Positions 26,995 to 43,639 are shown, counted from the stretch's first letter. The stretch is 64,000 bases of DNA from Octopus vulgaris (GCA_951406725.2 OX597821.1:109430001-109494000); one strand, 5' to 3'. Made by a program: numbers and translations. The notes: generated by a model from the letters alone, not told the origin.

Positions 26995-27540
26995 TGCGCA
27001 TGGCTCAGTGGTTAGGACGTCGGGTTCACAGTCGTGAAGTTGTGAGTTCGACTCCCGGACCGGGCTGTATATTGTGTTCTTGAGCAAGACACTTTATTTC
27101 ACGTTACTCCAGATCTCTCATCTGTAGAAATGTGTTGTGACGTCACTAGTGCCAAGCTCTTTCGGTCTTTGCCTTTATCTCGGATAACATCGGTGTCGTA
27201 GGGAGGAGTGGTTGGTATGCATGGGTGACTGGTGGTCTTCTATTCGGTTGGTGCATAATTATTGCGGCTTTTTTCATTAAATTTTATACAACAAAAAATT
27301 TAAACAAAACGCCAAGTAGAAATTGAAGTAGATGGTGAATATACTCCGGAATAATCATTTAAAGATTTTTCTTATTGAATGTTGTTATTGTTTTTGTTGA
27401 ATAAAATTTATTGAAAAAAATGCCGCAATAAATATGCACCAACCTAATATAAACAACCTTGCGCGGACTTGTGCCTCGGAGGGTAACTTTCTAGGTGCGA
27501 TCCCAAAGTCATTCATGACAAAAGGGGGTCTTTATCTCTT
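26995..27540 (+). mobile_element. tRNA-derived SINE, family D, interrupted by a MITE
   Basis: TGGCTCAGTGG A-box, GAGTTCGACTCC B-box, CTTGAGCAAGACACTT core; related copy at about 26585-26810. Confidence 0.8.
27243..27447. mobile_element. Mariner MITE
   Basis: TA flanks; TIR TT(A/C)GGTTGGTGCATA-TTATTGCGGC resembling Hsmar1-type TIRs. Confidence 0.88.
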
Positions 27541-27848
27541 ACTTTCAAAGAATTTAGATGGTACAGTGATAAGATACCTTAACAGTTTCTGAGAAATCAT
27601 CAACATTCAATTGTTTATGTTCAACGCACAACTCCTTTTGAATCCGTTCCTTTTTGCCACTCTGCACACATGGTTATGTGGTTAAGAAGCTCGTATGTGG
27701 CTATGTGGTTAAGAGCCACGTGGGTTCAGGTTCAGTCGCACTGCTCAGCACCTCGAGCAACAAGTCTCTTCTACTATAACACCAAGTCGACCAATGACTT
27801 GTGAATAAGCTTGACTAAGAGAAACTAAACTATGCAGAAAAGTATATA

Positions 27849-28247
27849 CGAGGATTTGCTGAGAAGTTCTTGGCTTTAAGGGCATCATGAAAGGCCTGGA
27901 TGGAAGCCCAACCTTCTGAGTACTTTTACAGGGCTTAGAAAAGCAGAAGAACCGCTGCAATAAGTATGTGAATTTGAGAGAGAAATATGTTGAATAAATT
28001 CAAAATTCAGTATTTACGTTATTTACATTTGACAGATATTTGTCCTGGTCTTGTTTGTTGTTAAAGCTGAAGGGTATATCAGCCGAAATGTTGCGTTAAC
28101 AACAAGCAAGATGAGGACAAATATCCGTCAAATGTAAACAATGTACATAATTCCTCATCTCTTAAACATAGAACTGTAAAATCATAATTAACTGATCCTC
28201 TTCTATTTTCTTTAACCGAAAACCAGGGACATTTCAGCATCCGCTCG
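27849..28247 (+). mobile_element. Mariner MITE (family of 9547-9764) with a nested insertion
   Basis: TA flanks, TIRs and homology to 9547-9764. Confidence 0.8.
28008..28176 (+). mobile_element. 5'-truncated fold-back copy of the HHR element at 51338-51730
   Basis: About 49-bp inverted arms; HHR 3' half GCTG...CAGCC-GAAA; degenerate 13-bp TSD at 27995-28007 and 28177-28189. Confidence 0.75.
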
Positions 28248-28398
28248 TACATGTACACGTACATACACATATGAATTTAGGAAGCGGGTGCTGAAAAGAT
28301 CTTGGCCTTCAGAGTATCGCGAAAAGCTTGGCTGGAGGTCCAACCTCCCGAGTTCTTTTAGAGGGCTTCACATGAAGAATCTTGCAAGTACAAAAACG

Positions 28399-28531
<133 letters not shown>

Positions 28532-28639
28532 TGTGTACACATAGAAAAAGCCAGCCTATGAGTATTTAGCGCATTAGGGTCTATCTGTACGTATTTATAT
28601 ATATATATAAAGATATGATGTAAATATGTTGATATATAT

Positions 28640-29187
28640 TCTTTTATTCTTTTATTTGTTTCAGTCATTTGACTGCAGCCAACAAGTGGACGACCCCAAG
28701 ATTTATTCTTTGTAAGCCTAGTACTTATTCTATCGGTCTCTCTTGCTAGGTTACGGGGTCGAAAACACACCAACGGCAGTTGTCAAGCGATGGTGGCGGT
28801 ACAAACACAGACACAGAAACATATGTATATATATACGCCATGATAGATTGTTAGCCACTACACACATTTTTTTCATTCCCTGTTTCTCTCCTTGTTTTTT
28901 CTGTAGAAGAGCGCAGGCCCGAAACGTAAAAGACTTTTTCTATTCCTGAACGTTATACTAATACATCTGTTTGTTTTGTACACCACTTGTCTTCGTCTTT
29001 TGTTTGTTTTTTTCGTATATATACGACAGGCTTCTTTCGGTTTCCGCCTACCAAATCCATGCACTGGCCTTTGGTCGGCCCGAGGCTGTAGTAGAAGACA
29101 CTTGCCCAAGTTGCCACGCTGTGGGACTGAACCCGGAGCTATGTGGCTGGTAAGGAGGCTACTTACCACACAGCCATTCCTGCGCCT
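28640..29187 (-). mobile_element. SINE family A split at its internal (TA)n by an HHR-type element (about 28836-29015)
   Basis: Both halves recognisable; the insert has TTTT-CTGTAGA-A-GAGC-GCAG-GCCC-GAAA-CG-TA-AAAG (28897-28932, mutated core). Confidence 0.75.
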
Positions 29188-29259
29188 ATATATCTATATA
29201 TATATATATACATATATATATTCCTGCGCCTATATATATATATATATATACATACATAC

Positions 29260-29296
<37 letters not shown>

Positions 29297-29336
29297 GTAC
29301 ATATATGTATATAAGCATATATACACACACACACAC

Positions 29337-29389
<53 letters not shown>

Positions 29390-29430
29390 TATTATTATAC
29401 GATTGAACACCATGCAAGTTTATCTATCCA

Positions 29431-29493
<63 letters not shown>

Positions 29494-29578
29494 GACCGCA
29501 AAATTATATAAATAATAGCACGTGCATGTAAATATGTATGCACGTATATGTAAACATATATCTATATTTACACACACA

Positions 29579-29625
<47 letters not shown>

Positions 29626-30139
29626 ACAGACACACACACACACACACACACAAACAGAAACACTCGAACAGACACATACATACATATGCACAATTATTTA
29701 TTTAGTTATTTAACATATCGCGTCGTATTTGTTTTTACTTACATTATCATTTCACATCATTGCGTGTGTGTGTGCGTGTGCGTATATATACGTGTGTGTA
29801 TATGTATATATATATATATATATTGTATGTATATATAATATTGTGTGTGCCTATATATGTCTAAATATATAATATGCACATGTATGTGTGTGTGTATATA
29901 ATATATATAGATTATATATGCAGGTATGTATGTACATGTATATGTATGTGTGTGTTTGTGCTTGTTCCCCAGCACCTCTTGACAATCGGTATTGGTGTGT
30001 TTACATCCCCATAAGTTAGCGGTTCGTTGAAAGACACCGATAGAGTAAGTAACAGAATAAGTACTGGGATCGTTCTGTAAGATGAAACGATGTGCAATTC
30101 GCTCCAGCATGGCCGTAATCAATTGACTGAAACAAAAGA

Positions 30140-31335
<1,196 letters not shown>

Positions 31336-31339
31336 ACTA

Positions 31340-31577
31340 AGAACTGAGCGTCCGAGATCCGAGATGAATTTATGCAAATTCGCAGGTGCGCTAGTGTGAA
31401 ATATCAGTATCAACAGGGCCTGAAAAAAAAAAAAGTAGGAAAAAGACTTCATACGATTCATCTGTAACAAGTCGTCGTGTCGGTATCTTTGAAAAAACAA
31501 CAATAAACACACAAAAACATCCCCACATAAAAAAAAAACAAGCCCTCACCCCTCACCCTCTCTCTCTCTGTCTCTCC

Positions 31578-31612
<35 letters not shown>

Positions 31613-31820
31613 CGAAAAGTCGTTTGATTGACATGCAGTCGCAGCTAGTCGGCGCCATCGGGACGCCGGGTAGATAGCAGTAGCGAACCTACATGAATGG
31701 CTGACGTCACAGGCTCGGCGCCAGCTTGGCTAGCTCGCTCCAGTCGTCGAGGGGGTTGGCCAACTCCAAACTCACCAATTAATCAAGTGTCAGGGTCTTA
31801 TTTTATACGTCATGTGAAAA
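31340..31820. promoter_or_regulatory. Candidate enhancer or promoter island
   Basis: Mostly non-repetitive and CpG-rich; ATGCAAAT 31372-31379, TGATTGACA 31625-31633, TGACGTCA 31702-31709, CCAATTAATCAAGTGTCA at about 31775. Confidence 0.45.
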
Positions 31821-31846
31821 AAAAAAAAAAATAAAAAGAAGTAAAA

Positions 31847-31883
<37 letters not shown>

Positions 31884-31979
31884 CTCTGTGTATGTACTTA
31901 TGTGTTGACGTTTGTATATCCAAATACGTACGTGGCCGTCTCTGTTCAAATGCTTATGGAAAATACTCTGGCTAACCTC

Positions 31980-32640
<661 letters not shown>

Positions 32641-33021
32641 CTTCTTAATTCTTACAGGCTGGATGGACTGTAGAGAGATAACCTAATAAAAAAACCTGAA
32701 GGAAGGACAAAATAGGTTTTATAATCCTTGCACACACACACACACACACAAACACACAAGCACACACACAATCCATATGAATTTCAGATCTGAAATCTCT
32801 GTGAAGCTGCCTGATTTCTGAGACACTAAACAAGACAACAACCTGTTGCCGTTGCTTAACTCTAGAATAGCCCCGATAGGACAGACACACCCCTAATATC
32901 AAACTGTTTCCCAACCAGAATACATTATCTAATATGTCACTACTTTCTGATGTAAGATAATAAGATGCTGTTTCTTATTTGAGGGGAACTTGACTACGAT
33001 TTCTAAAAGATCAAGTAATCA

Positions 33022-33373
33022 CGCCGCCGCCGTGGTGATCTCATTCTCGCCCACAACATCATAAGCGGGAAGTGTAACCTCTCGAAAGAGCTGTTCTTCA
33101 CTCCTGCTCCAGAGCGTCGGCTGCGGGGTCATTCCGAAAAGCTCTACCTGCGACGATTTTATTTCAATCGAAGGAGAGGAGCTTTCTCCGTCCGGGTTGC
33201 GGATCCGTGGAACAAGCTGCCAGACGAGATGGTGAAGATGCCGACGACCGCTTTGTTCAAAGTCTCCCTTGACCTCAAGTGGCCTGAACTCTTTACATGA
33301 ACACCACCCTGTACTTAACTTCATGTCCCCCTACATGGCCTTGCTATTTGCTTTTGAGCCAAATTAACTAACT
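33022..33373 (+). pseudogene. CR1-clade LINE 3' end
   Basis: 33022-33300 reads RRRRGDLILAHNII...LRGHSEKL...RRGAFSVRVADPWNKLP...FKVSLD...*, then a short 3' UTR with a TAAC-repeat tail. Confidence 0.88.
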
Positions 33374-33805
33374 TATCGCTGGGTCGGTTTCCGCCAATCA
33401 GCTAATCTATGTAGTTTACGATATATATTTGATATATATACGATATATATTTCATAATCTTTTCCGTTCTTATACAAGTTCAGTTGTTTGCGATTAAGAA
33501 CAAGTAAGTGAAGGTTATCTGCTCGCTGCCTTTTCCCACTATAAAAAAACGTTCTAGAAATAGTCAAGCATCTCTAAGTATATATATGCATAAAATACTT
33601 TAATCTCGAAACGCGTATGTAGCTAATCTGAGTCATGTGGATTCGTTATTTTTGTTTTCGCCTAAGTAAAAAAGGGATTTACTGTCTGGGAGATGATCTA
33701 TATGGTACTAGAAAAGGCATTTAACTCCTATTTCTAAATTCGGTGCATGGCGAAGCTATAAGCTGACCCCTGATTATAACTATGCGTATAATTATAGAAT
33801 ATTTG

Positions 33806-33838
<33 letters not shown>

Positions 33839-33936
33839 ATATATATATGCTTTCAGTGCGAATGGTATGTTTTATATAAGCTTAAAGCTTATGGCGATCA
33901 CCGTGCAATGACTAAGGAAAATAGTCTAATATATAT

Positions 33937-34634
<698 letters not shown>

Positions 34635-34783
34635 TACATACTCAGGCGTGGCTGTAGCTTGCTTATCAATCACATTGTTCCGGGTTCAGTCCCACTGCAT
34701 GTTGCCTTTGGCAAGTGTTTTCTGCTATAGTCTCGGACCAACCAAAGCCTTGCGAGTGGATTTGGTAGATGGTATATGTTTAA

Positions 34784-35014
34784 GGCGGCGAGCTGGCAGA
34801 AACGTTAGCACGCCGGGCGAAATGCGTAGCCGTATTTCGTCTGTCGTTGCGTTGTGAGTTCAAATTCCGCCGAGGTCGACTTTGCCTTTCATCCTTTCGG
34901 GGTCGATAAATTAAGTATCAGTTGCGCACTGGGGTCGATGTAATCGACTTAATACCTATGTCTGTCCATGTTTGTCCCCTCTGTGTTTAGCCCCTTGTGG
35001 GTAATAAAGAAATA
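34784..35014 (+). mobile_element. SINE family B nested in a family A copy (about 34645-35260)
   Basis: 11-bp TSD GGTATATGTTT at 34771-34781 and 35015-35025. Confidence 0.92.
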
Positions 35015-35269
35015 GGTATATGTTTGTGTATGTATGTATGTGTGTGTGTGTGTGTGTGCGTGTTTTTTCCCTATGCCATCAATTGACAACCGATGTTGAT
35101 GTGTTTATGTGTCCGTAACTTAGCAATGCAGCAAAAGAGACCGATAGAATAAGTACTTGGCTTGCAAAGAATAAGTCAAGGGGTGGATTTGTTCGACTGA
35201 AACTTTTTAATGTGGTGCACCAGCATGGACGCAGTCAAATGACTGAAACACGTAAAAGAATGGTAGAAT

Positions 35270-35300
<31 letters not shown>

Positions 35301-35529
35301 TACATCTGGCAGAATTGTTAGCCTGCTCGCCATGCATGCCTGTATATATGAAATTTAGAATTTTAGAAAGTGAAAGTAAACTGACCGGAAGTGAAAACAT
35401 TCACATGCAATCATTTGAAAAATAACAGAAAGTGCGGAATCCTTTAATCTCATTAATGGAACTCCCTTATTTTGCCGTTTCCGTAGTCACACCTGTTTGG
35501 ACAGATAGATCCCATTTTGAACTCCTTGC

Positions 35530-36660
35530 TTAAAAGTAATTAACTATGTTTACTAAAGAACTGACTTTCTCTTCGTACCTACCGTACAGCTTGAGCTCAT
35601 CCATAAGCAATAGATGGTTGTTCTCAGCAGCAGTATTAAAGGAGTCTCAGAGCAGACTTCGACGAGAGAGGGCGAGTCATTGAGGTCGTGAATGGCGACG
35701 AAATTACTTCCGCTAACAAACAACTGTATCATTGTTCAATCAGTAAATTAAACATCAAACAAACGAGCAAATAGTTAGCTGGTTAGATATTTAACTAGCT
35801 GACTAATAATTAAGTGATATTGTACCAGTGCGTATGTTATTATTATTATTCGCGTAATGTCCCTCCCAAGACAACAATATTAAGACATTCTTGCATAAAA
35901 CAAATAATAAAGGAGATAAGTTGGAGGAACTCCATCCTCCCGTCGAGAAGAGAAAAAAGAATGGGACATCGCTGGCAGTTGACGATCAACTGCCAGCATG
36001 CCCCGAAACTCTGTCGGAGGGATGTGTGCCACCGACAGGGGGAGCAATGGCCCCTCCCGGAAAGAGGAAAGTTGAGTTTGTCGTATTCTTCCTGAAGGGA
36101 GGGGTGATAGAAAGCTTCCTAAGGAAGTGAGAAGGCTGGAGGGAGGAACCCTTACCCTGGACCGAAAACCCGAATTGCCCTTCGCAGATGACTGCGAAGG
36201 TCATATCGGAGATCAACAGGTCCTTCCTTGATTGATAATGTTCTTTGGTTATGCCTAGAAGAATTCAAATGAAGTGATATTGTACCAGTGCATATGTTAT
36301 TATTATTATTCGGGTAATGTCCCTCCCAAGACACAACAATATTAAGATATTCTTGCATAAAACAAATAGTAAAGGAGATACAATGTCCCCTTGAAAAATT
36401 CCTTTCTTGATTGATAACGTTCTTTGGTTTTGTCCAGAAGAATTCCAGAGTTCCATGCTTTTTATCAAAAACATCAAGTCATTCTTTATAATCCCAAACA
36501 TGTTCAAACAATCAATGATCCACGAACGTGGTGTCAAGTTATGGGCCTTGTGGTTATCTATCCAGGTCATTGCTAAATTTTTCTTTCTTTACTTAAAACG
36601 TTTATCCACTATTTTGTCTATGAGAAACTTCTCTTTAGTTCCCTTGCAGTTTTGCTGACA
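35530..36660 (-). pseudogene. Decayed, rearranged R4/Dong-type reverse transcriptase
   Basis: AMTWIDNHKA...SWIIDCLNMFG...IKKGIFQGDIVSPLLFVLC and NHLLLMDELKLYG motifs; internal duplication of 36272-36378 at about 35815-35918. Confidence 0.8.
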
Positions 36661-36948
36661 ACTGCGCCCGCCAGAAAAAGCTGATCAGAAGAAATTAAAC
36701 CAAGTTCATTAAAATCTTGAATCGGCAGAGAAAAGACAGAATTGTTAGCACGCTGGACGGAATGCTTACCGATACGTTCTGAGTTCAAATGCTTATCGCT
36801 ACGTTCTGAGTTTAAATTCTGCCAAGGTCGACTTTACATTTCATTCTTTTGGGATCGATAAATTAAGTAATAAATGAAACACCGGGGTCGAAGTAATCGA
36901 CTATTCACCCCACAAAAAATTTCAGGCCTTGTACATATAGTAGAAACG

Positions 36949-37029
<81 letters not shown>

Positions 37030-37031
37030 TA

Positions 37032-37068
<37 letters not shown>

Positions 37069-37097
37069 ATTATTATTATTATTATTATTATTATTTA

Positions 37098-37132
<35 letters not shown>

Positions 37133-37466
37133 GAGTGAGAGAGCAGTGCATGCCATCAAAGTGACACTGGGGTAAAATATACGAAGCCCAATATACCCAT
37201 CATGACTACCCGTCTGATAAGGATACACCAGGCACATGCATCACAACCATATGTGCGCGACATGGTGATCTCATATCAAGATAAACAGCACATGACCTTG
37301 CAGGTGGGGCCCAGTTAGAATTTTCTTCAGGTTGAGTAGCCCATCCCGCTCAAAAGGTCCCTGAATAAGGGTTGTTTAAGGATGTTGAAAGAACCACCCA
37401 TGTTTCCAGAGGTGAATTATTCAAACCCCAAAGAATCCCTTTCAGCACATGGCTATGATGCTCCCC

Positions 37467-37467
<1 letters not shown>
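37133..37467 (-). mobile_element. Second copy of the (TAA)n-embedded repeat
   Basis: Homologous to 10095-10405. Confidence 0.7.
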
Positions 37468-37532
<65 letters not shown>

Positions 37533-37552
37533 CATCATCATCATCATCATCA

Positions 37553-37671
<119 letters not shown>

Positions 37672-37839
37672 GTTGTTATCATTATTATCAGTATTATTAT
37701 TAATATTGCATAATATACGTTAATATATAATGAGAAAAATTTACTTAATGGATGCGTATCTGGTTAAACTTATAACTGTAAAATCTATTAACCTGTTTTT
37801 TTTTATATATATTACTCATTACGGTTATTATTATTATTA

Positions 37840-37926
<87 letters not shown>

Positions 37927-38217
37927 TCACTTCTAATTTCTTACTTTCGTCCTTCATTTTCTTTCCTTTATTTTAATATTTCTTTATCAGAAAAAACAAA
38001 CACTACACTAGACTCAGCGACGAGACGGCGCAAACGGAAGTGCTTAAGCTTGGGAATTTCCTCTTCCGCTTTGACTCCACCTACATATAAAGCTGATGCT
38101 GGCCTCGAAATTAATAAACAAAAAAAATAAATAACTACTTAATAGACTTCACAGTCATATACCTATGACGCTCGCTCATGCACTTACAAACATGAATACG
38201 ATATAATATATTATAAA

Positions 38218-38278
<61 letters not shown>

Positions 38279-38287
38279 TGTGGTGTA

Positions 38288-38346
<59 letters not shown>

Positions 38347-38416
38347 TCGGGGTGAGTACTTGATAGTTATAAGCACCTGTGTATACCGTTTGGTGGTGTA
38401 GGTGGTGGAGTAAATT

Positions 38417-38724
38417 GATCAAAATAAAAACATGATGCCAAGGATTCAGCGGTACATATGTTTCGGGCCTTTATTAGACAGATTTTGAGAGAAGAAAGAG
38501 ATGGACGCTTCAATTCTATGCTGTTGCCGCATTATGTCGTACGCGAATGAGAGGATTTGCATCCCCAACCAAGAATTTTTGATGTAACACATGTCCTTGT
38601 GGAAGCTGTTGTGCGCGGCTGAAGAAGGCCACAGACATACATTATGCATTGTTATAAATCTGTCTAATAAAGCCCCGAAACATATGTACCGCTGAATCCT
38701 TGGCATCATGTTTTTATTTTGATC
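38417..38724 (+). mobile_element. Fold-back PLE-type element
   Basis: 69-bp near-perfect inverted arms at 38417-38485 and 38656-38724. Confidence 0.8.
38615..38692 (+). ncRNA. Type I hammerhead ribozyme
   Basis: GCGG-CTGAAGA-A-GGCCACAGA...TCTGT...CC-GAAAC-ATAT-GTA-CCGC; predicted cleavage after 38688. Confidence 0.8.
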
Positions 38725-39019
38725 TCTCTATATATATATATATATGTTTATATTCTAAATCAGATCTCTTTTTAAGTGATGCGGCCATGCTGGAGCACCG
38801 CCTTTAGTCGAACAAATTGACTCCAGGACTTATTCCTTGTAAGCCTAGTACTTATTCTATCGGTCTCTTTTGCCGAACCTCTACGTTACGGGTCGTAAAC
38901 ACACCAGCATCGGTTGTCAAGCGATGTTGGGGCACACACACACGCACAAACATATATAGACACACACACATATACACACAAACACACACACACACACACA
39001 AAACACACATATATATATA

Positions 39020-39438
39020 GGCGCAGGAGTGGCTGTGTGGTAAGTAGCTTGCTAACCAACCACATGGTTCAGGGTTCAGTCCACTGCGTGGCATCTTGGG
39101 CAAGTGTCTTCTGCTATAGCCCCGGGCTGACCAATGCCTTGTGAGTGGATTTGGTAGACGGAAACTGAAAGAAGCCTGTCGTATATATGTATATATATAT
39201 ATATATATATATGTACGTGTGTGTGTGTTTGTGTGTCTGTGTTTGTCCCCCTAGCATTGCTTGACAACCGATGCTGGTGTGTTTACGTCCCCGTCACTTA
39301 GCGGTTCGGCAAAAGAGACCGATAGAATAAGTACTGGGCTTACAAAGAATAAGTCCCGGGGTCGATTTGCTCGACTAAAGGCGGTGCTCCAGCATGGTCG
39401 CAGTCAAATGACTGAAAGAAGTAAAAGAGTAAAAGAGT
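39020..39438 (+). mobile_element. SINE family A, full length
   Basis: Near-identical to 7521-7926; an inverted 3' half lies just upstream (about 38775-38990). Confidence 0.92.
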
Positions 39439-39850
39439 ATATATATATATACATGTGTGTGTACACGATGGGCTGTTTCGTCCATCAAATCCACTTACAA
39501 GGCTTTAATCAGACCCAAGGCTATGGTAAAAGACACTTTCCCAAGATGCTACACAGAGGGACTGAACCCAGAAGCATGTGGTTGGAAAGCAAACTTCTTA
39601 CCACAGAGCCACGCCTGCGCATTACTGAGATTACCACAATACCCCACTCTTGAAAGAGACGCTGGTCAGTCACGGGGTTAACTTCCCGGCTAGTGCTAGA
39701 CCTCATTAACAGCTGACTGGAATGGAGTAACATGAAATGAAGTGGTTTACTCAATGGAAACAACGTACTGCTCTGTGTGGAAACCGAACGTACGATCTTA
39801 CGATCGTGAGAGCAGCACTCTAACCGCAATGTCATACGTTCATATCTGGA

Positions 39851-40234
39851 TGGAAGCACTCCGTCGGTTACGACGACGAGGGTTCCGGTTGATCCGAATC
39901 AACGGAACAACCTGCTCGTGAAATTAACGTGTAAGTGGCTGAGCACTCCACAGACACGTGTACCCTTAACGTAGTTCTCGGGGATATTCAGCGTGACACA
40001 GAGAGTGACAAGGCCGGCCCTTTGAAATACAGGTACAACAGAAACAGGAAGTAAGAGTGAGAGAAAGTTGTGGTGAAAGAGTACAGCAGGGATCACCACC
40101 ATCCCCCGCCGGAGCCTCGTGGAGCTTTAGGTGTTTTCGCTCAATAAACACTCACAACGCCCGGTCTGGGAATCGAAACCGCGATCCTATGACCGCGAGT
40201 CCGCTGCCATAACCACTGGGCCATTGCGCCTCCA
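39851..40234 (-). mobile_element. SINE family C, full length
   Basis: A and B boxes; 11-bp TSD ACGTTCATATC at 39836-39846 and 40235-40245. Confidence 0.92.
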
Positions 40235-40619
40235 ACGTTCATATCAAAGATTCTATAAATAAAAAAAAGAATGACACATTGGAATATTTTCAGGAAATAA
40301 TGGTAGGATGGCCTGGAATCTCTTTGGTTAAGGCGGGACATCATTGTTTTCCTTCCTTCGTCGAGTACCCATTGTAAATTATCAAGAAAAAAATTCCTTC
40401 CATTATAATTGCTCTTATTTTAGCGTCCTTGGCGTCTAAAATCTTTTGTGACACATCCTGGTGACCTCTTCGGCGACTCTCCATCATAGGATGTATGACG
40501 AAAGATTTCAGACAAACACTAACATGAGAAGAATTATAAAGCTGAAATAAAGAACGAATATATAATCCGTGTGTTTATTTGGGTAAAAAGAAACATGACC
40601 ATCCCCGAATATAACAATA

Positions 40620-40688
40620 CAGTAATCTCTTGCTATATCGCGTTTCGCCTATCGCGGTTCGCCTATCGCGGTTCGCCTATCGCGGTTT
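40620..40688 (+). mobile_element. Possible Tigger/pogo-like terminus with a 14-bp repeat
   Basis: TA|CAGTAATC start, then TATCGCGGTTCGCC about 3.7 times. Confidence 0.45.
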
Positions 40689-41416
40689 ATTATTTAAGCT
40701 TCTGCCGATTCCTACGTGGTATCGTTTTGCAAGGCTTTGGTCGGCCCGAGGCTATAATAGAAGACATTTGCCCAAGGTGTCATGCACCGGACCGAACCCA
40801 GAACCATGTGGTTGGTAAACAAGCTACTTACCACACAGCCCCACTCCTATGTGTGTGTGTGTGTTTCAGCGTCCATCTTCCAAATCCAGATCCGCTCACA
40901 ATGCTTTGGTCGGTCCGAGGTTATGGTTGAAGACACTTGCCCATGACACGACGCCGCGCAGTATGGAACTGAAGCTTAAGATAATTTGGTCGGAGAAGCA
41001 AGCTTCTTCTTCTTACTCACTCAGTAGTCGAGCGGCCAAGACAGAGAAGAGACATTGGGTAGACAAACGTGACCAAATAAATAATGTTTGTTATTGTCGC
41101 ATGTAATTGTTTCGTACTGATTATAACGAAGAGACTCTAAAAATAACGCGACGAAAACTCGAATACAACGAAAAAGAAAAAAAAGAGAAATAAATATATA
41201 CACAACCATAAATGAAACAAAAGCAAATAAAAACAATTAAATTGTTATGTAAAATTAAGTGTAATTATGTGACTAATAGCAGAATGAAATGAACGACATG
41301 ACAATGGTCTCTACCAACAATCGTTGCATTCTTGCCTGTTACGTACGCATTAGGCATTTGCTTTCGATAAAAATTCTTTCCTGCCAATAAACTAAATAAT
41401 AAGCGTAAAAATTATG

Positions 41417-41452
<36 letters not shown>

Positions 41453-41933
41453 TGCCACCTGGGTGATGGATGAGGAGAACAATACAAAGATGAACATATA
41501 TGAAAGAGAGGATTGGGCGTGTGATAAGAAAGTTTGCTTCCCAACCACATGGTTCTGGGTTCACTCTCACTGCGTGGCACCGTGGAAAACTCGGGCAAGT
41601 GTCTTCTACTCTAGACTCGAGCCGATCAAAGCCTTGTGAATGAATTTGCTGGACGAAAGCTGAAAGAATCACGTCGTATAATAAACAAGGAGACCATCTT
41701 CTACACTTGCCCTAGGTCCCACGGTGCCACGCAGTGAGATTGAACCCAGAACCATGTGGTTGGGAAGCAAACTTCTTATCAAACAGCCAATCCTCTTATG
41801 GCGATCACCATGTAATGACTAAGGAAAATAGTCTAATAACGGAGCATATAAGCTCTCGACAGAAAGAACGGAAGGCTTTCCTATCCGCGTGGGACACGAA
41901 CCCACATCCCTTTGTTAACGCAACTAAGTGTGT

Positions 41934-41998
<65 letters not shown>

Positions 41999-42079
41999 CT
42001 TTCCCTTGATAACACTGGTGGCGTGGAGAGGGAGTGGTATGCATACTGCTGGTCTTCCATATATATGTATGTATGTATG

Positions 42080-42913
42080 CAGGGCGTGGTGAGTATATTG
42101 TCATCTAAATTACGCAAAAATGAAAATAACACAGGCATCTCATTTTAACAGATATATTTACTTAAATCATATAAAAATATCTTGAAATACTAAATACTAA
42201 ACTGATTCAATAAAGTCGCCATTGGCTTCAACCCTGGCCTGCAGACGACTTCAGAATCTCCTGCAACTCTTGTGGATGGTCTCCTTGTTTAAGTTAGTGA
42301 ATGCTGTCATAATCCTTGCCTTCAGTTCATCTTTGGTGTAACAAAGAGTTTTGTTGGTCTCTCGCTCAACTGCGCCCCACACATAATAATCAAGAGGTTT
42401 GCAGTCTGGGGAACTAGGTGGCCAGATGTTAGGGGCGAAATTGTCTGACATCCATGGCTAGGTTCTCCTACTTAAGTGGCATGGTGCAGAGTCCTGTTGC
42501 CAGACATAGAGTCTTCCATCAGCCACCCTCTTAACCAAGGGCAGCACTACCTACCCCAGGCATTTGATGTGGGCCTCCATCTTGAGTCTGAGGCTGTATG
42601 GAAAGATGAATGGAGGCATAACATCGCCATCACTAGTGATAACTCCAAACATGATGCTGAGTGGATGATTGATTTTTATCATTCTCGATACATGTCCTCA
42701 GATAGCACTGTCCTCAGGTTGATACCCAAACATTTTCAAATATTTGTATTGGAGCTTCCGGCGCGAATGCCAAGCAATACATGTCGTTTCCAAATGTCTG
42801 GCAGAGTGAACATGGTATTGTTTTCTCATAGACGGTGCCCAACTGAGCCTACTATACTCTAGCGTCAACGAAATCAAAAATAAACAGTGCGACAATTTAA
42901 CCATCGCATCCTT
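42080..42913 (-). mobile_element. Internally deleted Tc1/mariner transposon, maT (DD37D)-like
   Basis: VWQQDSAPCH and WPPSSPDCKPLDYYVWG motifs with stops; degenerate TIRs. Confidence 0.85.
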
Positions 42914-42951
42914 TATATATGGGTGTATATCTGTGTGTGTGTGTGTGTGTA

Positions 42952-42997
<46 letters not shown>

Positions 42998-43364
42998 GCA
43001 TGATATAAATATTAATTTCAAATTTTAGCACAAGGCCAGCAATTTCGGTGGTGGTATTAATTCGATTTCATCGCTCCCAACGCTCGACTGGTATTTATCT
43101 ACCCTGATAGGTTCAAAAAGGCAAAATTGGCCGCGGCGGAATTTGCGCTCCGAACGTAAAAACGGAAGAAATGCCGCTAAGCATTAGAAATTTTGGCTCA
43201 AGGGCAACAGTTTTTAAGGAGAAAAGGGGTTGGATGATTACATCGGCTCCAGCACTTGACCAGTACTTCATTTTATCTATCCTGAGAAAGGCCAAGTTGA
43301 TCGGAGTGGGATTTGAACTCATAGTGTAATGAACCAGAACAAAGATTGCAGTGTATTCTTTCGA

Positions 43365-43639
43365 CTGCCTGACTTTTCTACCAACCTCACTAACCACTCT
43401 AATAAATCCGACTTACGCACAAGGTCAGGAAATTAGAGAATAGAGGGCTGATCGATATCTTCCACCCGAGTAAGTAACTGGTACTTTATTTTATCGACCA
43501 CAAACAGTATGAAAGTCAACGTTGACCTCGACCGGATTTGAACTTGGAATATATTGTGCTGTAAAGGACAAATAAATTGTGTGGTAGGCAGGGTCGGATT
43601 AAGATCCATAGAAGCCCTAAGGATTTTGGTGATCCTATA
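43365..43639. repeat. Arm 1 of a 275-bp inverted duplication (arm 2 at 46567-46841)
   Basis: Near-identical reverse complement spanning an old SINE and its flanks. Confidence 0.9.
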
